Assembly (NCBI GenBank): GCA_031551275.1
Contig: JAVBNX010000018.1
Span: 5,501-69,500 of the forward strand
Reading direction: 5' to 3'
DNA from: Rikenellaceae bacterium
Lineage (GTDB): Bacteria; Bacteroidota; Bacteroidia; Bacteroidales; Rikenellaceae
DNA: 64,000 bases
Part shown: positions 1 through 10,007 of the stretch, in pieces
How the letters are laid out: each line of letters starts with the position of its first letter
Numbering within the stretch: the stretch's first letter is position 1
Program-made: the position numbers and the translations under genes
The notes under the pieces: generated by a model
The model's input: the letters and a program-made list of their open reading frames with translations, nothing else
Told to the model about the DNA's origin: nothing
Database searches by the model: none

Positions 1-7
1 ATCGGGA

Positions 8-715
8 TCAGTTTTCATCTCTTTTCGTTTCATCATACCTTTTATACATATCTTCAATAAATCGGTCTGTAACGTTTAGTTTTTCAGAGGAATATTCCGC
101 GCGATTCTTCTGCATACTACTTTTTATTTCCTCAATTCCTTTTTGGGGCTCGCCATCGGACTCAATAAGCATTTCATTGACAATGTATTCCGCCCAAAGT
201 TCAAGGTCGGATGAAGTCAATACGGGCTCTGTCGCAAAATAGGTCAGGAATTGTTGGGTGTTGGATTCCACATATTCTTTCATCGCCATCCCCAACGGTT
301 CTGAGAAAGCGCCATCCGACCACCATGCCGCCCGCGTGGCCAATACGAAATAAAATGGATGCCTGCTCCTATCGGTGCTTGATAGACTGTCGATAAGCGC
401 GGATGTTTTCCCGTCATCATAAAGACCTCTTTTTTGTTGAAAAACGTCTTTGAAAATTTGAGGGATCTGCGGGTCGGATAAATATTCGCTTAATGTTTTA
501 TCCCCTATCTTTTCGCCTAAACCAATCTGTCTGAGGCGTTTGTCATCTTTGACTGCGCCCGAGTCCGCAATCATAATTTCATAAACTTCGGCTTTCTCGA
601 TTGTTTCAGCAGCAATGCTGTCAGCAGGTTTGTCTGCTTTCCTGCTATTATGGCATGAGCTTATCAAAACAAGGGAGAGGATGATAATTCTGTTTCTCAT
701 ATTGTATCGACTCAT
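8..715 (-). CDS. hypothetical lipoprotein, function unknown
   Basis: 235-aa ORF. The N-terminus MSRYNMRNRIIILSLVLISSC has a hydrophobic core plus a lipobox Cys. No family recognised. The gene is visibly AT-richer than its neighbours. The start could instead be the Met at 700. Confidence 0.55.
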   Translation of the reverse strand: MSRYNMRNRIIILSLVLISSCHNSRKADKPADSIAAETIEKAEVYEIMIADSGAVKDDKRLRQIGLGEKIGDKTLSEYLSDPQIPQIFKDVFQQKRGLYDDGKTSALIDSLSSTDRSRHPFYFVLATRAAWWSDGAFSEPLGMAMKEYVESNTQQFLTYFATEPVLTSSDLELWAEYIVNEMLIESDGEPQKGIEEIKSSMQKNRAEYSSEKLNVTDRFIEDMYKRYDETKRDEN

Positions 716-753
716 TTTTTACTCTAAGACAAAGGTATAAAATAAAGGAAACG

Positions 754-790
754 AAAAACCCTCCGGAAACTTTCGTCTCCGGAGGGTTTC
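754..790 (-). terminator. rho-independent terminator downstream of efp
   Basis: Hairpin ccctccggaaac/tttc/gtctccggaggg with one mismatch. On the minus strand it is followed by a T-run (AAAAA on plus at 754-758). Confidence 0.55.
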
Positions 791-808
791 TTTGAATTAT
801 ACAGTACC

Positions 809-1378
809 TTAGTTTTTCACGCGCTCGTAGTACTCCCTGCTGCGGGTGTCGACGCGGATCTTCTCGCCCGTGGCGATGAACAGCGGGACGCGGACCGTGG
901 CCCCGGTGTCGACCGTGGCGGGTTTCAACGAGTTCGAGGAGGCGGTGTCGCCTTTGATGCCGGGCTCGGTGTAGGTGACTTCCATCTCGATGATCGGGGG
1001 GAGTTCGGCGGAGAGGACCTGCTCCTTTTCGGTGTGGAACAGTACCTCGATTACCTGGCCCTCGCGCATCAGGTCGTTGTTCTCGATCATGTTGCGGTCA
1101 ATCGTGATCTGCTCGAAGGTCTCCGTGTGCATGAAGTTGGAGCCCATGTCGTCGTCGTAGAGGTATTGGTAGGGACGGCGCTCGATGCGGACCTGCTCGA
1201 TGCTCACGCCTGCCGTGAAGGTGTTTTCCAGGATGCGGCCGTTCTCCAGGTTCTTCATTTTCGTCCGTACGAAAGCGGGGCCTTTGCCCGGTTTGACGTG
1301 CTGGAACTCAACGATGATATAGGTCTTGCCGTTGTATTCCAGGCACATGCCGTTCTTAAAGTCTGCTGTTGTAGCCAT
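809..1378 (-). CDS. efp: elongation factor P
   Basis: 189 aa. [44 protein letters not shown] is the canonical EF-P N-terminal KOW-like region containing the KPGKG loop. Confidence 0.95.
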   Translation of the reverse strand: MATTADFKNGMCLEYNGKTYIIVEFQHVKPGKGPAFVRTKMKNLENGRILENTFTAGVSIEQVRIERRPYQYLYDDDMGSNFMHTETFEQITIDRNMIENNDLMREGQVIEVLFHTEKEQVLSAELPPIIEMEVTYTEPGIKGDTASSNSLKPATVDTGATVRVPLFIATGEKIRVDTRSREYYERVKN

Positions 1379-1437
1379 TTTGTTTTTTGTTTAGGGTGCG
1401 AAGGTAATACTTTTCCTTCAAAAATCAATGGAACAGA

Positions 1438-4400
1438 CTACTCCGCATCCTTCTCGAACTGCTTGCGGTAGGCGGACGGCGATAAATCGAAGTAGTTCTT
1501 GAAGTATTTCCCGAAGTAGTTCAACGAGCTGAAACCCAAATGATAGGTAATGTCGCTGATGTTCATTTCGGGGTGCTCCCTGAGCATGCGGGCGGCCACC
1601 TTGAGCTTGATGTTCTGGATAAATTCGTGGGGGGTCTGGCCCAGGATGCCCTTCATCTTCAAAAAGAGTTTCGTGCGGCTGATGCCCATCTCGGCGCACA
1701 AAAGGCCCACATCCACGCTGCCCGCGCCGATGTTCTGTTCGACGATGCGCACGGCCTTCTCGATGAACTCCTTATCCAGGTTGTTGGTGGTAACGGCTTC
1801 GGCGGGGCTTTGCTCCTCGCGGGAGAATTTCTCCTGCAAGAGGCGCCGGTTGTTCAGCAGGGTCACGCACCGGGCCACCAGAAGCCTGACGTTGAACGGT
1901 TTGGTTATATAGTCGTCCGCCCCGCAGTTCAGTCCCTCGAGGTGGTGTTCCAGCGAACCCAGGGCCGTGAGCAGCACCACGGGGATGTGGCAGGTGTCGA
2001 AATCGGTCTTCAGCCTTACGCAGAGTTCGTTGCCGGGCATCCCGGGCATCATGATGTCGGAGATTACCAGGTCGGGGGAGAGTTCCCGGGCGATGCGCAG
2101 CCCCTCCTCGCCGCCGGTCGCCTCCAGGATGCGGAACATGGGGTCGAAGATGCGCACCAGAAGGTCCCGGAGCTTGGCGTCGTCCTCGACCACCAAAAGG
2201 GTGCTGTCGTTGGCGAACAGGGCGGTGTGCTGTTCGGTAATCTGGTCGATGAACTTGCGGTCCTCGATGTCGGAGAAGGGGATCTCGCCCGCGCCCGGCT
2301 CCTCGTCGGGGGCGATCTCCACGGCGGGGTTGTCCTGTATGACCCGGTCGTCGGCGGGAAGCTCGGCGATGAACAAACTGCCCAACCCCGGACTGCTCTG
2401 CACCCGCAGCGTGCCCCGGTGGGACTCCACGATGTTGCGGGTCAGCGACAGGCCGATGCCCGTGCCGGTCTGGTCGAAGGCGGAGTTGACCTGGTTGTCG
2501 GCCTGGTAGAAACGCTCGAAGATCTTCTCCTGCATCGGGAGGGGGATGCCGATGCCGTTGTCACCGACCGTGATGGTAACGGTTTCGGGCGTGATCTCGA
2601 TGCGGATGGAGATCTTGCCTCCCTCGGGGGTGTATTTGAAGGCATTGGACAGCAGGTTGTTGAGCACCTTGAGCATCTGGGCCGGGTCGAACCAGACCAT
2701 CGCCTGGGGTTGGTCGCTCTCCATCCCAAAGTCGATGCGCTTGAGCTCGGCGAAGCTCGTAAAGGCGAGGTAGGTCTCCCGGACGAAGGCGACCAGGTCG
2801 CCCTTTTTGACCTTGAGGCGGAACATCCCCTGGTCGTACTTCATAAAGTCGAGCAACTCGTTGATCAGGCGGCTCATCTTGATCCCGCCCTTGTGTATCT
2901 CCGAGAGGCTCTTGTGAACGCCCGATGTAATGCCGCTCGAGAGCAGCAGCATCTCGATCTGGCCGATGATAAGGGTCAACGGGGTCTTCAGTTCGTGGGA
3001 TACGTTGGCAAAGAACCTCAGCTTGGCCTGGTTGACCTCCTCGCGCAGGAGTTTGTCCTGGCGTTCCAGCTCCAGCGAGTTGCGCAACAGAAGCCGCGAG
3101 CGGTAGAAGTGGATTACCCAGGCGGCGGCCGAAAGGGTCAGAAGTGCGTAGAGCAAATAGGCCCACCACCGGGCGTACAGGGGGGCGAGCACCTCGATCC
3201 CCAGCGTCGTGACGGCGGCCTGCCTTCCGCCCGCCCCCAAGGCGCGGACATTCAGGGTGTAATCGCCGTAGGGGAGGTTCATGTAACGGATCGCCGCGCC
3301 CTTGCGCAGGGGGATCCACTCGGTGTCGAAGCCCGACAGGCGGTATTCGTACTCGACCTGGCCCAGGTGGGCGAAGTTGTCGTCGCCGACCTCCACGGCG
3401 ATGTTGTTCTCGCTGCTGTTCAGCCTCACGCTCCGGGTCAGGGGCAGGCTGCGGGAGAGGATGGCGCTGTTGTCGCCCGTTTTGATGACGCGGTTGTTGA
3501 CCATCAGCGAACTCAGCCACATCCTGAAATCGAGGTCCCCCGCACTGAGCTGTTTGGGGTCGAGCGTGGCGATGCCGTCCATCCCGCCCATCACGATGCG
3601 CCCGTCGGCCAGTTGGAGGATGCATCCCGGGAGCATGGACTGGAGCGGGAAGCCCCCCGAGGCCTCGTAGTTGCGGCACGCGCCGGTTTGCAGGTCCAGC
3701 CACAGAAGGCCCATGCTGCTGCCCGCCAGTAGGTTGCCTTCGGGATCCTGGCAGATGCTGCCCAGGTAGTCGTTCTTTAGGCTCGAATTGTCGGAGTTGT
3801 AGCAGGTAAACTCGTCCGAGCGGGGATCGTAGAGGATGATTCCGAAGCCCGCCGTGGCGATGGCGATCCGTCCGTCGGAGGTCTCGGCCAGGGCCGTGGC
3901 GGTAATGTCGTCCGCGGAGGTAACCTCAGCCAGCTCCCGCTTGAAGTCCCTCACGTAGTTGGTCTGCGGGTCGTAACAGCACAGGCTGTTGCCCGCGATC
4001 CAGAGCTTGCCCTCCCGGTCGATGATCATCGCGTCGACCGAGAAGATGCTGTTCTCCAGCACGTAGGTCTTTTTGACCTCGTAGTTTTTCAGGTCCATGT
4101 AGTAGACCCCGGCCAGCGTGCCGATGAAAAGGATGCCGTTCTTCTCGACCAGGGCGATCACAGACTCCGAGCGCCAGTTGTTCGAGTCGATCTTGAAGTA
4201 TCGGAAGCGGCCCGTGTGCGTGTCGTAGCGGCATACCCCGCCCAGGTGGGTCCCGATCCACAGGATGCCGTCGTCGTTGAAGTATAGCGACTTGATGTTG
4301 TAGTGCAGCTCGGGACCGGCGTCCATCGGGAAGACCTTCTTTTGGCCCGAGGCAGGGTCCAGCCTGACCAGGCCGCTCCCCTCGGTGGCGAGGTAGAGCT

Positions 4401-5445
4401 CGCCCTGGCCCCCCTCCACGATCTTGCTTACCACCGGGTAGCGCCCCAACCCCAGGTCGGTAAAGCGGAAGATGTTGGCCTTTGGGTTGCAGTAGTCCAC
4501 ACCCCCGTAATAGGTACCCACCCACATCGTCCCCTGCTCGTCCCGCATGATTACCCATACAGAGGAGTGGCTCAATCCGCTTGCGCCGGCCTCTTTGAGG
4601 CCCACGTGGGAGATCCCGCCTTCGGGGGAGAGGATGTCCACGCCGTTCATCGTCCCGATCCAGATGTTGCCTTCGGTGTCCTCGCACACGGCGCGGATGT
4701 AGTTGCCCGAGAGTTCGCCGTGGCGGTAGTTGCGCACCTCTCCCCCGGGGCCGATCCGGTAGAGGCCCTGGCTGAAGGTCCCCACCCACACGCAGCCCCG
4801 GCTGTCGCTCGCAATGGCGATTACCTCGCTGCACGGGGGCAGCACCGGGCGGCTGCGGGACGCTGAGTCGAAGGCCCACAGGCCGTGCGCCTTGGTGCCC
4901 ACGTAGAGCGGACCCCCGGCGGGCTTGTGCAGGGAGGTTATGGTCGCGGCTGGGTTCTCCAGAAGGGCGTAGCGTTCGACCTTCTGCTCCTTATAAGTAA
5001 ATAAGGTATCCATCAGCCCCATCCACAGCGCGTCGTCGGCGTAAGTAAAGGCGATCGAGGGGGCGGAGATGGTGTTGTGCTGGCGGAAGATGGGACGCTT
5101 CCGGTCGGTGGCCAGGTCGTACTCGATGATCACGAAGTCGGTGTTGATAAAGACGTGGCCCCGCTTATCGCCGCAGATGGTGGGGACCAGGCTCGAATTG
5201 ATCCAGTTGTTCACACCCAGGGGCGAGACCGGCTCCACGCTGTTGCCGTTGTAGATCTTTACCCCGTCGCGCGCGCCGATCCACAACCGGCCGAACTCGT
5301 CCTGGAAAAGGCCGTTGATGTTGGTCTGCGCCAGGCCCGACTCGGCCCCCAAATGGCGGAACGATCCTGTCTCCAGCGCGGTGGCGGCTGGCGGCAGGAG
5401 CAGAAAACACAAAAGGGTCAGAAGCGAACAGCGGCTCATGGTCAC
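1438..5445 (-). CDS. hybrid two-component system sensor kinase/response regulator with AraC-type HTH (HTCS)
   Basis: 1335 aa. Domains in order: signal peptide, long periplasmic propeller-like region, TM segment (WWAYLLYALLTLSAAAWVI), HisKA box FFANVSHELKTPLTLI, HATPase motifs DNGIGIP and GTGIGLSL, receiver LLVVEDD...DLVISDIMMPGM, and a C-terminal AraC HTH (ISDITYHLGFSSLNYFGKYFKNYF). Divergent from the SusC/D operon. Confidence 0.9.
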   Translation of the reverse strand: MTMSRCSLLTLLCFLLLPPAATALETGSFRHLGAESGLAQTNINGLFQDEFGRLWIGARDGVKIYNGNSVEPVSPLGVNNWINSSLVPTICGDKRGHVFINTDFVIIEYDLATDRKRPIFRQHNTISAPSIAFTYADDALWMGLMDTLFTYKEQKVERYALLENPAATITSLHKPAGGPLYVGTKAHGLWAFDSASRSRPVLPPCSEVIAIASDSRGCVWVGTFSQGLYRIGPGGEVRNYRHGELSGNYIRAVCEDTEGNIWIGTMNGVDILSPEGGISHVGLKEAGASGLSHSSVWVIMRDEQGTMWVGTYYGGVDYCNPKANIFRFTDLGLGRYPVVSKIVEGGQGELYLATEGSGLVRLDPASGQKKVFPMDAGPELHYNIKSLYFNDDGILWIGTHLGGVCRYDTHTGRFRYFKIDSNNWRSESVIALVEKNGILFIGTLAGVYYMDLKNYEVKKTYVLENSIFSVDAMIIDREGKLWIAGNSLCCYDPQTNYVRDFKRELAEVTSADDITATALAETSDGRIAIATAGFGIILYDPRSDEFTCYNSDNSSLKNDYLGSICQDPEGNLLAGSSMGLLWLDLQTGACRNYEASGGFPLQSMLPGCILQLADGRIVMGGMDGIATLDPKQLSAGDLDFRMWLSSLMVNNRVIKTGDNSAILSRSLPLTRSVRLNSSENNIAVEVGDDNFAHLGQVEYEYRLSGFDTEWIPLRKGAAIRYMNLPYGDYTLNVRALGAGGRQAAVTTLGIEVLAPLYARWWAYLLYALLTLSAAAWVIHFYRSRLLLRNSLELERQDKLLREEVNQAKLRFFANVSHELKTPLTLIIGQIEMLLLSSGITSGVHKSLSEIHKGGIKMSRLINELLDFMKYDQGMFRLKVKKGDLVAFVRETYLAFTSFAELKRIDFGMESDQPQAMVWFDPAQMLKVLNNLLSNAFKYTPEGGKISIRIEITPETVTITVGDNGIGIPLPMQEKIFERFYQADNQVNSAFDQTGTGIGLSLTRNIVESHRGTLRVQSSPGLGSLFIAELPADDRVIQDNPAVEIAPDEEPGAGEIPFSDIEDRKFIDQITEQHTALFANDSTLLVVEDDAKLRDLLVRIFDPMFRILEATGGEEGLRIARELSPDLVISDIMMPGMPGNELCVRLKTDFDTCHIPVVLLTALGSLEHHLEGLNCGADDYITKPFNVRLLVARCVTLLNNRRLLQEKFSREEQSPAEAVTTNNLDKEFIEKAVRIVEQNIGAGSVDVGLLCAEMGISRTKLFLKMKGILGQTPHEFIQNIKLKVAARMLREHPEMNISDITYHLGFSSLNYFGKYFKNYFDLSPSAYRKQFEKDAE

Positions 5446-5570
5446 AAATCCACAACCAAATTACATATTTCGTCCGGGTTTGCAAAACCAAACGGGATAT
5501 TTTCTTTCCCGGATACAAAAGTGTGGAATGTTCGGTACGAATTTATCCAGTCCGGCCCGGGGCAATGGGC

Positions 5571-5578
5571 TAATTTTG
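5571..5578 (+). promoter_or_regulatory. candidate Bacteroidota -7 promoter box (TAnnTTTG) for the PUL operon
   Basis: TAATTTTG matches the TAnnTTTG consensus exactly and lies 9 nt upstream of the GH88-like ATG, in the divergent HTCS/PUL spacer. Confidence 0.3.
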
Positions 5579-5586
5579 ATTTCAGA

Positions 5587-6837
5587 ATGGCCAGGGTGTC
5601 AAATAGCGTTTTCTTGTGCGGGATTTTCGTGATCGCCGCAGTCTTTTTTTGCGGCTGCAAAAACACGGAACCCCCCATGGATAAACTCGTCCAGAAGGCG
5701 CTGGACCGCTCGGTGGTCCAGTGCGAGGGGATGTACAAAAGCCTGGCCGCCACCCCCGGCCAATACCCCTACTCGGTCGACGGGAAGGGGCAATTGCGCA
5801 CCAGCGACCCGTGGTTCTGGTCGGGAGCCTTCTTCCCCGGCACGCTCTGGTACCTTTACGAATACACCGGCCAGCAGCGCATGGGCGAGATGGCCGAAAC
5901 GATGTCCCGGGGCCTCGAAAGCCAGAAGCTCAACCGCAACAGCCACGAAATAGGCTACTCGATCGGGTGCACGTTCTCCAATTCATTGCGCATCCTCGGG
6001 GATGAACACTCCAGGCAGACGGTGCTGACCGCCGCCTCCTCGCTGGCCTCGCAGTTCAACCCCACGGTGGGGTGCATCCGATCGTGGAACCACCCCTTCG
6101 CCTGCCGGTGGGAGTATCCGGTAATCATCGACAACGTCGTGTCGCTCAAATTGCTTCTGGACGCTTGGAAGCTGGACGGCAACCGGGAGTATTACCAAAT
6201 GGCCCTCTCCCACGCCGACAGGACGATCCAGAACCACTTCCGTCCCGATTACAGCTCCTGCCACGTGGTAAGCTACGATACCCTGAGCGGCAAGCCCCTG
6301 CTCAGGGAGACCTACCAGGGCCAGAGCGACAACTCGGCCTGGGCCAGGGGCCAGGCGTGGGGATTGTACGGCTTTACCATGCTTTACGCCGAAACCGGCC
6401 TGGACCGCTACCTGGAGCAGGCGTGCGGGATTGCCGATTTTCTGATCTCCCACCCCCGCCTGCCGCAGGACGGGATACCTTATTGGGACTTCGACGACCC
6501 GCAGATCCCCAACGCCCCCCGCGACGCCTCGGCAGGGGCGATCATGGCCTCGGCGATGGTACAACTGAGTACGCTGGCGCAGGGGCAGAGGGCGGAACGC
6601 TACAAGGCGATGGCCGAGCGGCAGATCCGCACGCTCTGTTCGGACGAGTACATGGCTCCCGCGGGGGAGAATTGCAACTACATCCTGCGCCACGGCGTAG
6701 GCTTCAAGCCTGCGGGCAGCGAGGTCGACGTGCCGCTCTGTTACGCCGATTACTACTTTGTCGAGGCGCTGGTACGCTACCGCACCCTCCACGGGAAGGA
6801 CGATTCGAGAAACAGCCAACTTGCAATCAAAAAATAA
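5587..6837 (+). CDS. GH88-like unsaturated glucuronyl hydrolase, lipoprotein
   Basis: The in-frame ATG at 5587 gives MARVSNSVFLCGIFVIAAVFFCGCK, a lipoprotein signal. The track's upstream extension overlaps the HTCS gene. Motifs DPWFWSGAFFPGTLWYLYEYTG and NSAWARGQAWGLYGF are typical of the GH88 (alpha/alpha)6 fold. Confidence 0.8.
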   Translation: MARVSNSVFLCGIFVIAAVFFCGCKNTEPPMDKLVQKALDRSVVQCEGMYKSLAATPGQYPYSVDGKGQLRTSDPWFWSGAFFPGTLWYLYEYTGQQRMGEMAETMSRGLESQKLNRNSHEIGYSIGCTFSNSLRILGDEHSRQTVLTAASSLASQFNPTVGCIRSWNHPFACRWEYPVIIDNVVSLKLLLDAWKLDGNREYYQMALSHADRTIQNHFRPDYSSCHVVSYDTLSGKPLLRETYQGQSDNSAWARGQAWGLYGFTMLYAETGLDRYLEQACGIADFLISHPRLPQDGIPYWDFDDPQIPNAPRDASAGAIMASAMVQLSTLAQGQRAERYKAMAERQIRTLCSDEYMAPAGENCNYILRHGVGFKPAGSEVDVPLCYADYYFVEALVRYRTLHGKDDSRNSQLAIKK

Positions 6838-6854
6838 TCCAAACTCAACCCTTT

Positions 6855-9800
6855 ATGAAAGACAACGACCTGACTAAAAAAAGGCCATCGAGGTGGATGC
6901 CTCTGGTGATGCTCCTGGGAGCGTTGATGCTCTCCCTGGGTGCAGCCGCCCAGCAGGTAGCTTCCGGCGTGGTGGTCGGAGGAGATCAGAAACCTTTGAT
7001 CGGTGCCACAGTGATCGAGAAAGGGACCACCAACGGGATGACCACCGGCCTGGACGGTAAATTCTCCCTGAAAGTGGCCCCCGGTGCGACCATCCTGGTA
7101 TCCTACATCGGGTATGAAACTCGGGAAATACCGGCGGCCAACGCCGTGAGTGCGACCATCGTCCTGTCGGAAGAATCCACGATGATGGAGAACCTGGTCG
7201 TCGTGGGATACGGCGCCCAGAAAAAAGAGAACCTGACCGGAGCGGTCGCATCGATCAATATCGCCGATATGGTCGACGGGCGTCCGGTAACCAGTGTCTC
7301 CTCCGCGTTGTCGGGGCTCAGCCCCGGCCTTTACGTCCAGCAGGCTACCGGACGGCCCAACGCCGACGGCTCCAACCTGCTGTTGCGCGGCCAGGGAACG
7401 CTCAGCGAGGATGTGAACAGCGCGAGCATGAGCAAGGCCGCCCCGATGATCGTCATCGACGGGATGGTCTCCACGATGAGCGATATGAACGCCCTCAACC
7501 CGATGGATATCGAGCAGATCTCGCTGCTGAAGGATGCGGCTTCCTCGTCGATCTACGGTTCGCGCGCGGCCAACGGCGTGATCCTGGTCAAGACCCGCCA
7601 GGGTGCCGAAAGCCGGTTTACCATCAACTACGCGGGCTATTGGGCCATGGCGCAGCCCTCCAACACGATCGAGACCGTGTCGAACTACGCCGACTACATG
7701 ACCTATTACAACGAGGCGCAACAAAACTCCTCCCCGGGAGCCTCGCCCCAATACAAGGATGCGACCATCCGCGCCTGGCTGGCCAACGACGATCCTTTGC
7801 GCTACCCCAATACCGACTGGCGGGACGAGATCTTCCAGAACGGGGTAATCAACAACCACTCGCTTTCGTTCAGCGGGGGAAGCAAGGAGATCAGGGCCTT
7901 CGGGTCGTTCGGTTACCTGCACAATCCGGGCATCATCGAGAACTCGACCTATGAGCAATACAACGGACGGATCAACGTGAGCGCCGACGTGAGGAAGTGG
8001 CTTACCCTGGGTGTCAACGCGCGCGGTTCGGTGGGCGACGCCGAGATGGGTTCCAAGGCGATGTCCAACCTGTTCGGCGGCATCGGCTCGCCGGGTATCG
8101 TCTACCGCCATCCCGACGGGCGCTACGGCGGCGCGGAAGCGACCGACGAGAGCCAGCAGATCCAGAGCCCGTTGTACGCCTTCAACAGCCGCCAGGGCAA
8201 CATCGTGAGCCGGGCGGTCCAATCGCGCTTCTTCGGAACGATCAGGCCCATGAAAGGCCTGACCGTCGAGGGTGCGTTCAACTACTCCTATACCGATATC
8301 ACGGAGCGCGAAACGCCGCTACTGGCCGAGATATGGAGCTTCCAGCGCAACGTGGTCATCAAAGAGAAGGCCGAGCACGACTATGCGCGCAACCGCCTCA
8401 ACGAGAGCGTACACGTACAGGGCGAGGTAATCGCACGCTACTCGACCACCTTTGCCGCCAAGCGCCTCAGCTTCGACGCCATGGCCGGTGCAAGCCAGGA
8501 GAAGACCAACGCGGGCTGGTTCGAAGCCCAGCGTTACGACCTGATAGACCCCAACCTGACCTCGATCAACGCGGCCACCGGCGAACAGATCGCCTCGGGG
8601 GTTGATCTGGGGGAAGGCTACGCCATGCGCTCCTATTTCGGGCGGGTCAACCTGGCCTGGGAGAACAAATACCTTCTGGAGGCCAACCTGCGGGTGGACC
8701 AGTCGTCGAAATTCGCACCCGACTACCGCACCGGTTGGTTCCCCTCGGTATCGGCAGGGTGGAGGATCGACCAGGAGAAATTCTTCGAGCCCCTCAAAAA
8801 GGTGGTCTCCAGCCTCAAGCTGAGGGCCTCCTACGGTTCGCTGGGTAATGAGAACATCGGCAACTACCAGTACCAGTCCAACTACACCAAAGATCCCTAC
8901 GTGCTCAACTATGCGTTGGCCAACGGGATGACCTATACGCTCTCCAACGCCGCTATCCAATGGGAATCGACCTACCTGGCCAACCTAGGGATCGACGTGG
9001 GCTTGTTCAACAACCGCCTGGAGGGGACCTTCGAGGTCTTCGACAAGATGTCCAAGAACGTTCTGGCCGTCTATCCCGCTCCCCTGCTGGTGGGTACGGC
9101 AAAGATCCCGGCCAGCAACGGGGCGCACATCAACAACCGGGGGCTCGAGTTGAGCCTCAAATGGAGGGACAGGATCGGCAAGGACTTCAACTATTACGTG
9201 AGCGGCAACTTCAGCTACATCCGCAACGAAGTGACCAAATACAAAGGGGACGAAAGGACCGTTTCCGGGGCCAACCTGGTCCAGGAGGGCCACCCGATCA
9301 ACGTGCAGTATGTCTACCGCGTCAGCAAGATCGTCAAAGACAGCGAGGATGTGGCCTATGTGCAGCAGATGATCGACAACGCCCCGTACGGCGGGGACGG
9401 TAAGAAACTCGACCCGTTCGCCGCGGTGGGAGGACGCCCCGGTTTGGGAGATTTCCTTTATACCGACATCAACGGCGACGGGGTTATCAACGACGACGAC
9501 AAGGTGCTGGTCGGATTCGGGCAGGTTCCCCCCATTACCTACGGTGCGCAGCTCGGGTGTTCCTGGAAAGGGATCGACTTCTCGGTCATGCTTCAGGGCA
9601 TCAAGGGGTATAAATGGCTCTGGCAGGACAACTTCAACATGGGCTACCTGAACTACGGCGGACCCATCAACAAGGAGTGGGCGGAAAACGCCTGGAGGCC
9701 ATCCAACCCCGAGGCCACCATGCCCAGGCTCAACATCCGCGGAACTGAGCAGAACAACGTGGAGAGCGACTACTGGGTGGCCGACAAATCGTACATGAGG

Positions 9801-9995
9801 ATCAAGAACATCCAGCTCGGCTACCAGTTCCCCAAAAAATGGACCGAAAAGATCCAGGTGTCCAGCGCAAGGATCTACGTGAGCCTGGAAAATTTCTTTA
9901 CCTTTACTAACTACAAGGGTATCGACCCCGAGGTAAGCGGAACCAACTATCCCACCCTCAAGCAGACCGTCTTCGGTGTGAACATCAATTTTTAA
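6855..9995 (+). CDS. SusC/RagA-family TonB-dependent outer-membrane transporter
   Basis: Start moved to the ATG at 6855 (MKDNDLTKKRPSRWMPLVMLLGALMLSLGAAAQQ). CarboxypepD_reg-like segment GATVIEKGTTNGMTTGLDGKFSLKV, plug segment NLVVVGYGAQKKENLTGAV, C-terminal barrel ending ...GVNINF. Confidence 0.92.
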   Translation: MKDNDLTKKRPSRWMPLVMLLGALMLSLGAAAQQVASGVVVGGDQKPLIGATVIEKGTTNGMTTGLDGKFSLKVAPGATILVSYIGYETREIPAANAVSATIVLSEESTMMENLVVVGYGAQKKENLTGAVASINIADMVDGRPVTSVSSALSGLSPGLYVQQATGRPNADGSNLLLRGQGTLSEDVNSASMSKAAPMIVIDGMVSTMSDMNALNPMDIEQISLLKDAASSSIYGSRAANGVILVKTRQGAESRFTINYAGYWAMAQPSNTIETVSNYADYMTYYNEAQQNSSPGASPQYKDATIRAWLANDDPLRYPNTDWRDEIFQNGVINNHSLSFSGGSKEIRAFGSFGYLHNPGIIENSTYEQYNGRINVSADVRKWLTLGVNARGSVGDAEMGSKAMSNLFGGIGSPGIVYRHPDGRYGGAEATDESQQIQSPLYAFNSRQGNIVSRAVQSRFFGTIRPMKGLTVEGAFNYSYTDITERETPLLAEIWSFQRNVVIKEKAEHDYARNRLNESVHVQGEVIARYSTTFAAKRLSFDAMAGASQEKTNAGWFEAQRYDLIDPNLTSINAATGEQIASGVDLGEGYAMRSYFGRVNLAWENKYLLEANLRVDQSSKFAPDYRTGWFPSVSAGWRIDQEKFFEPLKKVVSSLKLRASYGSLGNENIGNYQYQSNYTKDPYVLNYALANGMTYTLSNAAIQWESTYLANLGIDVGLFNNRLEGTFEVFDKMSKNVLAVYPAPLLVGTAKIPASNGAHINNRGLELSLKWRDRIGKDFNYYVSGNFSYIRNEVTKYKGDERTVSGANLVQEGHPINVQYVYRVSKIVKDSEDVAYVQQMIDNAPYGGDGKKLDPFAAVGGRPGLGDFLYTDINGDGVINDDDKVLVGFGQVPPITYGAQLGCSWKGIDFSVMLQGIKGYKWLWQDNFNMGYLNYGGPINKEWAENAWRPSNPEATMPRLNIRGTEQNNVESDYWVADKSYMRIKNIQLGYQFPKKWTEKIQVSSARIYVSLENFFTFTNYKGIDPEVSGTNYPTLKQTVFGVNINF

Positions 9996-10007
9996 CGAGT
10001 CGCGACG

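Noticed and set aside
5077-5586. N-terminal extensions of track ORFs: GH88-like from 5077, SusC from 6072, the PH-like protein from 32952, and the pilus subunit from 24225.
   Set aside because: The extensions overlap neighbouring, better-supported genes and translate to Arg/Gly/Pro-rich junk. Internal ATGs give clean signal peptides or lipoboxes directly after the upstream gene's stop.
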